DNA of 64,000 nucleotides from Octopus sinensis (taxonomy: Eukaryota). The stretch is from positions 111,352,001 to 111,416,000 of the forward strand of contig NC_042997.1 of assembly GCF_006345805.1 (NCBI RefSeq), in the 5' to 3' direction. Position numbers and translations under genes: made by a program. Below, one piece after another: positions 38,910-51,345 of this stretch. Under the pieces are notes generated by a model. That model was not told the origin of the DNA and ran no database searches. It saw nothing but the letters and a program-made list of their open reading frames with translations. Position 1 is the first letter of the stretch. Each line of letters starts with the position of its first letter.

Positions 38910-39338
38910 GATCTTTTCTCTTTGAACGGCAGTTTTCAACACAACTTCTAGTTAACTAAACACTTTAAACTTCGTATACTGGTAGAATGTGTCAAAATAA
39001 AACATTTTTTTCTCTTAGCTTTCTTGAGAAAATTGTAATTTGTAAGTTTAACGTAGTTTAATTTTTCGAATTTTAACCAATCGATGGCTTCTATTTAGCT
39101 AAAATCATTTGCTGCGTCTAAAACTGAGACAACATACTGTCACTGACCCTAACCCTAAATTTTAGCCTTTCTTTTTTTTTTTTTCTTAATTGTTAAATTA
39201 ATTTAAAATTACAATTTTCTCAAGAAAGCCTAAAGAAAAAAAATGTTTTATTTTGACACTTCTACCAGTATACGAAGTTTAAAGTGTTTAGTTAACTAGA
39301 AATTGTGTTGAAAACTGCCGTTCAAAAGGAAAAGATCT
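38910..39338. mobile_element. Foldback MITE with long TIRs (about 130 bp)
   Basis: GATCTTTTC..TTTGAACGGCAGTTTTCAACAC... and its near-perfect reverse complement. Confidence 0.9.
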
Positions 39339-40299
39339 GAAACATTCTCTGTGAGATTAAATGTTTAATGAAAGCTGTTAAAATTTTACCAGGAAATATT
39401 TCGTTTAGTCTAAGGAATTCCTTAAAACTTTTCTTTCTACTTTAAATGCTTTATCAGTGATTGTTTGATCATTTCTCATTTGAAACCTGGAAAATTTATA
39501 AAACTGTGAAATGTGAATATTTGTTCTTCGTGCTACACGTGGACAATATTTTCGTGACTGCGAAACGGGTGGAAGTGACAAAGTGAGATTGTTTTAAGAT
39601 GAAGACCAAAACAACAGACGATCAAAAATGAAGCGGTGGGGGAGACGGAGAATCGTAGGTTTTGAGTATAGATGAACAAAAAGCGATATTCTTACAAAAT
39701 TAAAGTTAAAATTTTGAAGATTTTATGATGTTGAGCTTAATCCAAAAAGTTTAGATTTTGGCTACATATATTGATATACTTGCGTTAGAATCAATATGAG
39801 TTTGTGGGTCGTGTAGCTGTTTATTACAGTACACGCTCTAGTATTTACCACAATATGAATATAGACACAGAAAAATTCAATCTTTTATACGTTTGCTTGA
39901 TGTAAATGTCTGTTTGTCTGTCCATTCATCCGTCTATCTGTCTATCCATTTTATTTACATCCACGTACAGCTTAAATCCATTAAAGTTTTCATAAAACTA
40001 CTTAATCTAAAACTAATTTATTACGACTTTATTGAACGAAGCGTCTTTATATCAACTTTTAACACCATTGTAGTTAATTCGCCATAAATATCATTTTTGC
40101 TATTCTTTCTCAAACAATGGAACTAATGGCCGAGGTAGAAAATAACCTTTTCTGCTAAGAATAGACTGCTAAGCACTAACTTTCCCAATATTGAGCGATC
40201 TTTTAAAAAAGTCTAGCAACATTTTGGTCAAAGTTGATGTCAAATACATTGAATTAATGTTAATTCACTTCCATAATTTAAACATTCAAGTATCGATTC

Positions 40300-40800
40300 A
40301 TCCTCAATATATTCTGGCAGATTTGGTCATGAATATGGTCGTTGGTGCTTTTCGTCATCGGAGAACATTCACCCCTTTTAGATTACGTGTGTACGTAACA
40401 CACTGCTCATTGTTGTAAGGGGATTTTGAAACACCGATGTTTCGTCCTTAGTATATCTTCTCAGTCAAAGCTACCCCACCAGACTGATGAAGCTAACAAG
40501 AGTTCAAGCTTTTCTTCATAGAAATCACCAAATGGATTTCTGCGAGTACTTTTTCAATAATCTGCTTGTCAGAAATTGTTTGCTGTTTTTAGGAATAAGA
40601 ACCTGTACAATTATTGAATTCACAGGTCCAGTAGGGTAACTTTGACTGAGGAGACACATTAAAGTCGAAACACCACGGTATCTCGGTCCCCTTATGTTAA
40701 TAAATCCTGTTACGAACACATGTTGTCCAAAGGGGAAGATATTCTCCAATGACGATACCCAACAGTGATTAGTATATTTACGTTCGAATCTGACAGACTG
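40300..40800. mobile_element. Diverged inverted pair of family-2 hammerhead repeats
   Basis: Arms about 40300-40545 and 40567-40800; minus-strand variant hammerhead at 40425-40470. Confidence 0.7.
40641..40687 (+). ncRNA. Type-I hammerhead motif (family 2)
   Basis: TTTGA-CTGAGGA-GAC-ACATTAAA-GTC-GAAAC-ACC-AC-GGT-ATC|TCGG; core intact, G16.2>A mismatch. Confidence 0.72.
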
Positions 40801-40999
40801 AATGGATAGGTTAACGTTTGGATTCTTGCTGTTTCTCTGTGCACCTCGTAAATTTTCTTTTTTTTTTTGTTTTTCATTTTCATCTAGTTTCAGCTTACGA
40901 GCCGTGGCCATGCTGGGGCACCGTCATTCAAATTGTCCATAATTCAAAGAATTATAAAGAAATATTTTCAATTCGAAATTGGCTATCCACTTCCCCTTA

Positions 41000-41368
41000 T
41001 CTTTTACTTGTTTCAGTCAAACTGTGGCCAAGCTGCAGCACTTCCTTGACGAATCTTAGTCAAATGAATCGACCCCTGTACTTATTCTTTTAAAGCCGGG
41101 TACTTATTCTATCGGTCTGTTTTGCCGAACCACTAAGTTACAGAGATGTAAACACACCAACACCTGTTATCCATCGGTAGTGAAGGACGTGTGTGTGTGT
41201 ATGTGTGCGTGACAACGAACTGCTTTCAGTTTCCTTCAAGTAAATCCACTCACAAGGCTTTGGTCGGTACGAGGCTATAGCAGAAGCTACTTGCCCAAGG
41301 TAGTATGCAGTGGGGTTGAACCCGGAACTATGTGGTTGGGAAGCAAACTTCTTACCATACAGACACGT
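41000..41368 (-). mobile_element. SINE family A (older copy follows at about 41520-41840)
   Basis: Reverse complement of the consensus. Confidence 0.85.
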
Positions 41369-42604
41369 ATTAATTTGCTTTCCGCATTTGCTTTCCCTCT
41401 TTTCTCACCTTCACCAGAGAATTCTCCATTAAATTCTGGTCATCTGCTACATCACTACACAAATCTATTTTCGCAATTTATTTTGTAACGTTATTTTGGT
41501 CTCACCTTCTGGCAGATATTTGTTTAATTAGTTTCTTTCATTGGACTTTGGCCATGCTGGCGCACCACCTTCTATGTAATCTTTTTGTCAAGCATATCAA
41601 CGACAGTAACCATTATGGTACTCACTTTTTTCGATCTCTGTTTATTGGGTGTTGTCTTTTTTTTATTTAAAATCTATACACTAGAATAGACAGGCACAAT
41701 ATATAAAATATGTCTGTGATGGGCTTCTGCACAGTTTCTGCCAACCAAATTTCACTGACAGAATATTTATTAGCGAAATCGAGGCTATCGTGGACACTTT
41801 GCTAAAAGTACCACGCAGCGGAATCGAACACTGAACCAGGTCGCGGCTAACATTTGAACTTCTTTTTGTTGATTCACATTCAAATCTCGTCTGAGAGATT
41901 TTGTACTGATGTTTGTTTGATTTCTAAGTGTTTCCTGTACAAATATATCTAAGAAAATTATGAAATATTAAAGAGGAAATTAAAGAATACCAAAAACTGT
42001 GTGTATTTGTTATGGATGTGTCAGTATTACTATATTCCAGTCTTCATAATCTAACTTTGAGAAGGATTACTGTAGGTTAATGAGTCTAAAAGCAGATAAA
42101 TATGTGAATTCTTCATCACACACACACACACACACGCGCGCGCTGATATAAATGTTGGTTGATTTCAGTCACACCTTACATTATAGAGATACGGAGAGAG
42201 TCAGTGATACAAAAAAAACGAAATAAGAGATGTGAAATGAGTGCACATGCTAGGCTTAGTGGTAGGCAATGAGTGAAGGAACACTACACATATACATATG
42301 CACACAGAGAGAATCATAGGCAAGAAAGGAAGAGAATAATTGAAGTAGTTATGCGAGGAACTTTCAATTTTGCGTTAATATTTTTCTCTTAAAGAATTAG
42401 CATTTTTTTCATTATTTTGTAATAAGCACAAGAAATTTGATAAAAATTAAATTGTAATTATTGTATGTATGCCATATTTCCTGATATTACCCATGGTATA
42501 TACATAGACAGTTATGCCTCACCATATCGCGGTTCACCTTTCGCAGCTTATCATTTAAGCTTACATTGATTCCTCTGTGGTGTTTTGCATTTATGATATA
42601 ATTT

Positions 42605-42840
42605 TTTAAATGTCCCTTCTCGAACCATGCCAGGCTCATAAGGGCTGGTTTCCCGGTTTCAGTGGCGTAGAAATTCCTCACATGGACGGGACGCCGGATT
42701 ACTCATTTTTGCTAGTTGAGTGGACTGGAGCAATGTGAAATGACGCGTTTTGCTCAAGAACACAACACATCGCCCGGTCCAGGAATCAAAACCACAACCC
42801 TATGATCATGAGTTCAACACCCTAACCACTACGTGCTTCC
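42605..42840 (-). mobile_element. SINE family R (body2 + tail beta)
   Basis: Homologous to 15813-16073. Confidence 0.82.
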
Positions 42841-43769
42841 ATTATAATAAAATAAGTATATACAAATTATAGAAATAATAATAAGATATACAGTACTGTT
42901 TCTACTTCGCGGGGGGTGGGAGTGGAACGTAACACCCACAATAGTCGAGGGGTTACTGTACTTTCAAAATTACCCATAGTATGATGGATAACAGATGCAC
43001 AAGCACGCAAAAAGTTGCTTGTGTTTCAATTCTGAGTGTCACCTTTGATCTACCAATTGTCCAAAAGACCGTCGTTGACACACTCCGCAAAGACGAGGGA
43101 CTGAAGATTTTTGCTGAGAAACTAGTTGCTGCCGGAGCTGTGGATTGAAGTGGCTTTCTGGATTGTCGTCAGGACGAACAAGGTGGAGAGATAGAGATAG
43201 ATAGACATAGAGAGAGAGAGAGAGACAGACGCAGAGAGAGAGATGATAGCGATGTTATTACTCAGTTTCGTTATGTTCAATCATTCAAGGGACAAAAATG
43301 CTATGATATGGTGAGAAACTCTGAGTAACAAGCAAATCATCAACTTGGAACGAATAAATCTTGACTTCAACGGTTACTTTTTCTCCTGGTGTGGATATGT
43401 ATGCGTGTATATGTAAGATTCTTATTAGTAATCTCTCTAAACTGTGCGCACACGTTTTTTCACACGCGCACAAGACATCAATATACGCGCAGATGGTTAA
43501 TGACCGAAGACAATTATTCATTCACTACATGTAGACATTTGTTACAGGAAGCAAAAAACAATAGAAGTTAACGATTTCTGTGCATCTTATTGTTAACTCG
43601 TAAATTAACAGGAGGTGTGTGCGTGTGTAAAATTGTGGGTGTTTACAATTGCAAACATATAGAATATTCAGTTGCGTCTAACACTCCCATTCGATGATTG
43701 TTCCATGTATCATTGTGTACCAAATGTGTGCATTTGTTGTCCTTGTGGCAAATAAATTCCTTATAATTG

Positions 43770-43986
43770 CTTCAAATTTCGGCACAAGGCCAGCGAATTT
43801 GAGAAGGGAGAGAGTCAGTTGATTACATCGACTCTAGAGCTTGACCGATATTTTATTTTATCGATCCTGAATGGGATGAAAGGCAAATTTGACCTCAGTG
43901 GAATTCGAACTCAGAACATAGAGCAGGAAGAAATGTTGCTAAGCATTTTGTCTGATGCGCTCATGATTCTACCAGCTCATCACCTT
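43770..43986 (-). mobile_element. SINE family B, diverged
   Basis: Reverse complement of the consensus. Confidence 0.78.
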
Positions 43987-44019
43987 AATAATCTATACCA
44001 TGGTAAACTGTGCAAATAA

Positions 44020-44241
44020 GGCGTCGAATTGGCAGAAAGGTTAGCACGTCAGGCGAAATGCTTAGTGGTATTTCATCTGCCGCTATGTCCTGAGTTCAAA
44101 TTCCGCCGAGGTCAACTTTGCCTTTCATCCTTTCGGGGTCGATAAATTAAGTACCAGTTGCACACTGGGGTCGACTTAATCCATTTGTCTGTCCTTGTTT
44201 GTCCCGTCTGTGTTTAGCCCTTTGTGGGTAGTAAAGAAATA
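44020..44241 (+). mobile_element. SINE family B with perfect 18-bp TSD
   Basis: GGTAAACTGTGCAAATAA at 44002-44019 and 44242-44259. Confidence 0.93.
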
Positions 44242-44827
44242 GGTAAACTGTGCAAATAATGATTACAAAATGAATGAATTTTTTTCTTCTGGGCCTCCAC
44301 TTCACCTTTTCCTTTATTAAATCTCTCTCCACATTGAAAACTCTGTACAATGATATCAAAACAGTCGACAAAAACAGATGCTGCGTTAGAGAACAGCTGC
44401 TGCAGTGTTGCATTGAGAAGTCTGCACTTCTTAACAAAGGGGCGATAAGTCGTAATCACTTTGCAGATAGAAAAGTCTGCCAGACTACTACAACATATGC
44501 ATTGCTTCTAAGATATCTTCAGGCAGAAATTATCAGGAATAAAAAATTTTTTAAAAATGATTTTTTTGCAATTACCGTTACAAACAAATTTAGGGCATTT
44601 AAATAATTAAATTTGTTTCTGCTTGTAACGACACCAAGTCTGAGATTTTAATCAAATTTTCAGAGCTAAATTAAAACCAACCACCGATTATTGTGTTGTC
44701 TTTGCTGTTTGTTTAAATGTCTAAATCAGAGGAGTTGTTATAAGTTATAATTCTGCAAGCTATTCTGGAGTTTGTGGTATATTTTCATAATATACATTAA
44801 TAATATATATTCTTTCATTCAAGTATA

Positions 44828-45031
44828 TGAGGCGGTGTTGAAAAGTTCCTGGCTTTGGGTAAAAGAAAATACAGGAGGATCAGTTAATTACGGATTTAAC
44901 ATATTTCCCTCTCAGACTCACACACTTATTGCAGCAGGCCTTCAGTTTTTCTAAGTCCTGTAAAAGAACTCAGAAGGTTTGGCCTCCAACCAGGCCTTTC
45001 GTGATATCAGGAACTTCTGAGCACCCTCTTG
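44828..45031. mobile_element. Mariner-derived MITE
   Basis: TA|TGAGGCGGTGTTGAAAAGTTCCTG ... CAGGAACTTCTGAGCACCCTCTTG|TA. Confidence 0.75.
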
Positions 45032-45754
45032 TATATGTTTAAAATCTTGTACCTACATTTTCCAACCTTTTATTTCCTGATAGTTCCAGACTAGAATAGA
45101 ACTAACAACCTTTACTTTTAAACTAAAGACAGAAATATCCATATTTAGGGAACTACATACTTGTTTTATAAAAGGGATTTGACCAAATGGCTCACTCTCT
45201 TAGAGGCGGTATCATAGCCAAGGAAGATTATCCCAAGTGTGGTTATAGCTAATTGAAAACTATTTTGCTTTATCGGGTTCTGAAATAAAAACCTTTTCCA
45301 GTGGCGGCTCGAGTATAGAAACTGCATCACCCCCTATTTCCACTCAATATTATCGATAACATTTGATATAATGAGTCCTTTTTTCTTTAATTCTGTCTTT
45401 ATACTTGTACATTATATCATCCTTAAGCTTAATGTCAGTAGCCATCCCCTAGTTTCTGAAAAAAATACAAAAATCCTTGTATAGAACTGTGCACTTCACA
45501 GTTCCAGCAACACAGTGTTTGGCTAGTGTGAAGATAGGAAGCTTCACACTAGGGAAAGAGAGCACTCTGTAAACGACAGGGCCGGGTGAAAGGTAGTGTT
45601 TCTTTTAGACTCTGCGTGTGTTATACTTAAAAAAACAAGTTTATATTCTTGAATGAGAAAAAGTGTAGAATTAGATTATTATCCTGCTTCCAGCTTCAGT
45701 CTTGCTGACAGGATTTGAAAAAAAAGAGCATATCTCCCACCCCTTATTTTGTGA

Positions 45755-47549
45755 TGCAGAGATGCTCAAAATATCTGGTAGTGTCGGCTATAGCCTAGTC
45801 ACCCGTATAGTTAACCAGGTGATACACGAAGGAGTCATACCCAATGACTGGTGTAGCAGCATAATAGACAACTGCTACAAAGGTAAAGGTGACACCCTAC
45901 ATACAAATAATTACAGAGGTATCAAGCTGTTGGATCAGGTAATGAAGGTTACGGAGAGGGTCATAGCCCAACTAATTAGAGAGGGAGATAGTTTAGATGA
46001 GATGCAGTTTGGGTTCATGCCAGGGAAAAGCACCACTGATGCCATATTCCTGGTAAGACAGCTGCAGGAGAAATATCTAGCCAAAGATAAGCCCCTGTAC
46101 CTGGCTTTCATTGACATGGAGAGAGCCTTCGACAGGGTCCCCCGATCCCTTATCTGGTGGTCAATGAGGAAACTAGGGATAGATGAATGGTTTGTGAGAG
46201 CTGTGCAAGCCATGTACAGGGACGCTGCTAGTAAGGTGAGGGTTGGCAACAAGTACAGTGAAGAATTCCGGGTAGAGATTAGGGTCCACCAAGGCTCAGT
46301 CCTCAGCCCCCTCCTATTTATCGTAGTCCTCCAGGCAATAACGGAGGAATTCAAGACAGGATGCCCCTGGGAGCTCCTCTTCGCTGATGACCTTGCTCTA
46401 ATTGCTGAGTCACTATCGGAACTGGAGAAGTTTCAGGTGTGGCAGCAAGGATTAGAATCAAAGGGCCTTAGAGTCAACCTAGCTAAAACCAAAGTCCTAA
46501 TAAGTAGGAAGGTAGACAAGTCACAAACGCCTTCAGGTAGATGGCCTTGCTCGATCTGTAGAAAAGGCATAGGTAGAAACTCTGTAAGATGCACCAAGTG
46601 TAAGCTTATGGACACATAAGAGGTGCAGCAATGTCAAGGGAAGGCTAACTAGGAAGATAGTTTTTTGTATGTGGCAGATGCTCGGGAGCATTAACCTCTG
46701 AAAATCTGCAGAAAACAACTTCCGTCACTTTCCAGGGAGAAAAACTAGAAATAGTTGATAGCTTCCATTACCTAGGTGACCAAGTCAGTAGCGGGGGTGG
46801 GTGTGTTGAAAGTGTAACTGCTAGAGTAAGAATAGCCTGGGCAAAGTTCAAAGTGCTCTTACCTCTGCTAGGGACAAAAGGCCTCTCGCTCAGAGTAAAT
46901 GGCAGACTGTATGACGCATGTGTACGAACAGCCATGCTACATGGCAGTGAAACATGGGCCGTGACTGCTGAGGATATGCGTAAGCTTGCAAGAAATGAAG
47001 CCAGTATGCTCCGATGGATGTGTAATGTCAATGTTCATACTCGACAGAATGTAAGTACCTTGTGAGAGAAGTTGGACCTAAGAAGCATCAGTTATCATGT
47101 GCAAGAGAGACGTTTGCGCTGGTATGGTCATGTGGTGAGAATGGATGAAGATAGTTGTGTGAAAAAGTGCCACACCCTAGCGGTTGAGGGAACCTGTGGA
47201 AGAGGTAGACCCAGGAAAACCTGGGATGAGGTGGTGAAGCACGACATTCGAACTTTAGGTCTTACTGAAGAAATGACTAGAGACCGAGACCTTTGGAAGT
47301 ATACTGTGCGTGAGAAGACCCGGCAGGACAAGTGAGACCATAACCCATGGCCTCAGTCCACTTATGCATACCTTTCCTTCTTGGGACACAAAACTCTACT
47401 TGTGAAGACCTGTTGAGACAAGTGAAAATCAAAATCAAACCAAAATTGATCAACATCAATGGAAATTGTAGCTGTGATACAGACCCCAGTTGCACCGTCC
47501 AACCCATGCCAGCATGGAAAGCGGGGGCTAAACGCTGATGATGATGATG
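45755..47549 (+). mobile_element. 5'-truncated RTE-clade LINE (RT domain + shortened 3' UTR)
   Basis: NYRGIKLL, QFGF, AFIDMERAFD, VHQGSVLSP, LFADD motifs; (GAT)n tail; frameshifts and stops. Confidence 0.96.
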
Positions 47550-47919
47550 AAGGGGATGGTGTTCAGTGAACAAATTACACACACTACCCAGCAGTGGCTA
47601 AAACATGAACTGGTCAAGCTTATGTATGAATATTCTTTCTAAATGTTTGTTTCCTTTACACAAAATTAAGACAACGGCTAAAAATGTTCCGAAGCAGCAC
47701 CCGAACTAATTTTATCTACGAACCCGCTGTTGCTCTTTTCTCTTCAAAGTCCTTACAATCCATTCAAATGTATCTCGAGTTCTCGTTTCAAAATATTTCA
47801 ATGTTAAACAGCAAGAAAACTCGTAGAATATTACACAGTACTTACTTAAACTTCATTTTGAGTTCAAATCTTACCAAGAGCAATCTTGCATGTTTCAGTC
47901 ATATATATATATATTTCGA

Positions 47920-48565
47920 GGTTATGAGAGGTATTGGTGTCAAGAAGACCTAAAGGTGTCAGATAATGCTGAGTAAGTGCTTTGGACAGACTACAGTTAA
48001 GCTCTTGGTTCAATAACGATATGAATGAGGAGTTCAATGTAGGTCATGTATTAGCATGCATATATATAAAAATTAACAGAATGAGATAAAAAAAAATCCA
48101 GGCTATGAAAATTTTCAGCGAAGGTCTTACAGCTGTTTCTGGGATATTTTATATATCCCTTCATCAGAGACGGTGCGAGAAGATGTTTAAATAATTGTTA
48201 TTATAGTGAAGATATGAAATACAGAGTGAAGTGGAGGAATGAAAACAGACGTGAGATATGTAAGGATATTGTATCTGCAGTTCCATTATTTAAGCAGAAT
48301 GGTGTATATGTTTCCTACCATTCTGTTTAAATAATGGAACAGCAGATAGAATATCCTTACATATCACACTTCTGTTTTCATTCCTCCTCTTCACTCTGTA
48401 TTTCATATCTTCTCTATAATAATTATTACTTAAACATTTTCTCGCACTGTGTCTTATGAAGGAATATATATAAAATATCCCAGAAACAGCTGTAAGACAT
48501 CTTTCTAAATGTTCTGAAAACTTACACAGCTTTGGATTTATTATTTCATTCTGTTTATATATATA
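47920..48565. mobile_element. Composite element: module plus about 500-bp palindrome of family-1 hammerhead repeats
   Basis: Arms 48061-48303 and 48317-48565; module shared with 23957-24100. Confidence 0.88.
48124..48171 (-). ncRNA. Minimal type-I hammerhead with fully canonical core
   Basis: Minus strand GTCT-CTGATGA-A-GGGATAT-ATAAA-ATATCCC-A-GAAACAGCTGTA|AGAC; stems I and II perfect, palindromic ACAGCTGT stem III. Confidence 0.88.
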
Positions 48566-49331
48566 ATCAGGCATGTGTCGTCAGTAATTACTCAGGGTAG
48601 GCAGTTGGTGACCTTTATGTAGTAAAACAAAAAAATAAGCAAAACATAGGCACGACTGAGTTGTAGGCAAATATACACTCTGCCTTTATAGCGCATAAAG
48701 AAAACGTTGTAGGAGTGTACGCAGCACGTATACTACAGCAATACTATGCATAGCTTTAATACTGAGATTGAAAGGCAGGGACGAATTATGCCTACCTAAT
48801 CTACAAAAAATAAAATATTCTGTATATTATGCATAATAATCAGAGTAACCTTCATAATTTTATTGAATTAGGGCCATATTTTGCCAAAAAGGGAAAATGC
48901 TGCTATCAATCTATTTTATTCAAGGTAGGCACTGCCTACCCAAGTGGCTTGTCCCTGATATATATGCTCTTACACATTTATAATCTCATGCATGGATGTT
49001 AAATCCCAGTAGGCTCTGCTTAACCCTACAAACTTGTTACCAGTTCAAATATACTTGAGGCATGTATCCAATCCCGTAAGAAAACCATTCACTGTATTTT
49101 TCCGTAGCGAAAATTCCTTGCTGTAGACAAAGAGGTGTAAATACATCAAGTCAGCTAACCAGATTGTTGGCTGCATATTACATGAATGATTAAGGACAGA
49201 TCCTAAAATATGATTTTTACTGAAAGACAGGTGTTTTTACTATGAAAATCCAAAGCTGAAATGTAAATCATTGGAGTTTTTTTTCACCTAAGTGTGAATA
49301 TTTGTGTATTTTGAGCTTTGTTAATTTAAAG

Positions 49332-49648
49332 CAGAGGTTCTCAAACATTTTGGGCCACCACCCCGTTCATGACCATATAATACCCTCAGCACTCGACCTC
49401 TATTTTTATACATAAATATTTTATATTTTACTAATTTATATGTTATGAATCATTTGATATTTAAGATTATATAATTTGTATAGAATATTATAATAACATT
49501 ATAATAAATTCATAGCATCCCCCATTTCACTGCCTCCTTCCCAACACCTATTTCTCTACCGGCCACCTTAGACACCAGCGCCCACCTGGACCCTCTCAAT
49601 GCCTACCGGGTGGGGGGGGGACATTAGCGCCCACTTTGAGAACCTATG
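49332..49648. mobile_element. hAT MITE with perfect 8-bp TSD
   Basis: ATTTAAAG|CAGAGGTTCTCAAA ... TTTGAGAACCTATG|ATTTAAAG. Confidence 0.9.
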
Positions 49649-49769
49649 ATTTAAAGCAACAGTATTCAAAGAAGGTAAATAAAAGCAAGTCGATTAAATA
49701 CTTGAAATGTAATTTATTATTACATCAAGGTTATCAAAACATACAAACGGTAAAATAGTGGGAGAAATT

Positions 49770-50372
49770 GCGTAGGAGTGACTGTGTAGTAAGAAGTTTG
49801 CCTCACAACCATATGGTTCTGTGTTCGGTCCCATTGCATGGCACTTTGTCATGAGTCCAACTGAATAAGTACTTGGCTTGAAAAAATAAGTACCGGGGTT
49901 GATTCATTAGTCTAAAACCCTTCAATGTGGTGCCGCAGTCTAATGACTGAAACAAGTAAAAAGGATAAAAGATACTTTTATCTTTTACTTGGTTCAGTCA
50001 TTAGACTCCGGCCATGCTGGGGCACCACCTTGAAGAATTTTCAGTCAAATGAATCGACCCCAGTATGTATTTTTTTTCAAACCTAGTACTTATTCTGTTG
50101 CTGTCTTTTGTCGTGCCACTATGTTACAGGAATGTAAACACATCAAGACCAGTGTCAAGTGGTGGTGAGGGGCACGTGCGCAATATATATATATATATAT
50201 ATATATACATACACACGACGGGCTTCCTTCAGTTTCCATCTGCCAAATCCATTCACGACACTTTGGTTGGCACAAGGCTATAGCAGAAGACACTTCACCA
50301 AGATGCCACGCACTGAAACCAGAACCTTTCCGTTGGGAAGCAAGCTTCTTAAAACACAGCTACACCTGCACG
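49770..50372. mobile_element. Tail-to-tail pair of SINE family A copies (+ 49770-49972, internally deleted; - 49975-50372)
   Basis: Consensus matches in opposite orientations. Confidence 0.8.
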
Positions 50373-50424
50373 CTGTTGTCAAGCTTTACAGTTCCAGTAT
50401 TCCATCAATATGTCTCTGTGCATT

Positions 50425-50778
50425 GTGGATGCGCAATGGCTTAGTGGTTAGGGCTGCAAACTCGCAGTCATAGGATCGCAGTTTCGATTCCCAGACCGGG
50501 CATTGTGAGTGTTTATGAGCGAAAACGCCTAAAGCTCCTCAACGCTCTGGCAGTGGGTGGTGGCGAACACACCACAACTTTCTTCCTGTTTCTGTTGTAC
50601 CTGTATTTCAAAGGAGCTGGCCTTGTCACACTGTGTTATGCTGGATTTCCCCGAGAACTATGTTAAGGGTACACATATTTGTGGAGTTCTCAGCCACTTG
50701 CACGTTAATTTCATGAGCAGACTGTTCCGTTGATCCAATCAACTGGAACCCAAGTCGTTGTAACTGATGGAGTGCCAA
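50425..50778 (+). mobile_element. SINE family R (body1 + tail alpha)
   Basis: A-box TGGCTTAGTGG, B-box AGTTTCGATTCC; homologous to 3101-3468. Confidence 0.87.
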
Positions 50779-50976
50779 ACGCATTGTTATTTTGAAGTAA
50801 AGAAAATAGGTTTTTGCTGCAAGGCCTTAACATTTAGGACTCCCATTCAAAAAGCAAAATGGCTGTTTCTTGTAATTAATACCATGAATTTAAGTATTTT
50901 TTGGTCTGTTGCTTTAAATGCACAGCGCACAATATCGGGCAACCAAGAGTTGTAAAACACTAATCTACAAAAAGTA

Positions 50977-51270
50977 ACCAGGGATCAGGTGGTGGTAAAT
51001 CCTAGTAGACCCTGATACAGGTTACTAGGGACCAGTTGGATGTATTAAACCCTAAGTGACACTGCAAAAGCTACCTGAGAACCACGAGGTGGTGTTATAC
51101 CATACTCTGCCAAGGGTATCCAGGGGCCTGGGGACGTAAAATACTAGATACCCAAATACTCGGTTATGGAGCTGAACCACGATAGTTTGCTAAAGATGCC
51201 CAGGGATCAGATGATGTTAATCTCTAAATGTACCCAAATACCAGATGATGGTGTTTAAACCAGACGCCAG
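50977..51270 (+). repeat. Degenerate tandem array, unit about 45-50 bp
   Basis: Recurring CAGGTG..AAACCCTAG..GACTCTGCTAAAG.TACC.GGGAC units; inverted counterpart at 54923-55110. Confidence 0.6.
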
Positions 51271-51345
51271 ATGAAGTCCCTTGCTCATGAGCAACAAATT
51301 GTTTTCGTCTACCGAATTTCACTTAAAGGAATTTAAGACATGGGG

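Noticed and set aside
43098-43130. CTGAAGA...GAAACTAGTT hammerhead-like motif
   Set aside because: Stems I and II do not pair
45935-46354. Antisense ORFs over the RTE RT (also 52987-53298)
   Set aside because: Shadow ORFs of the sense coding frame
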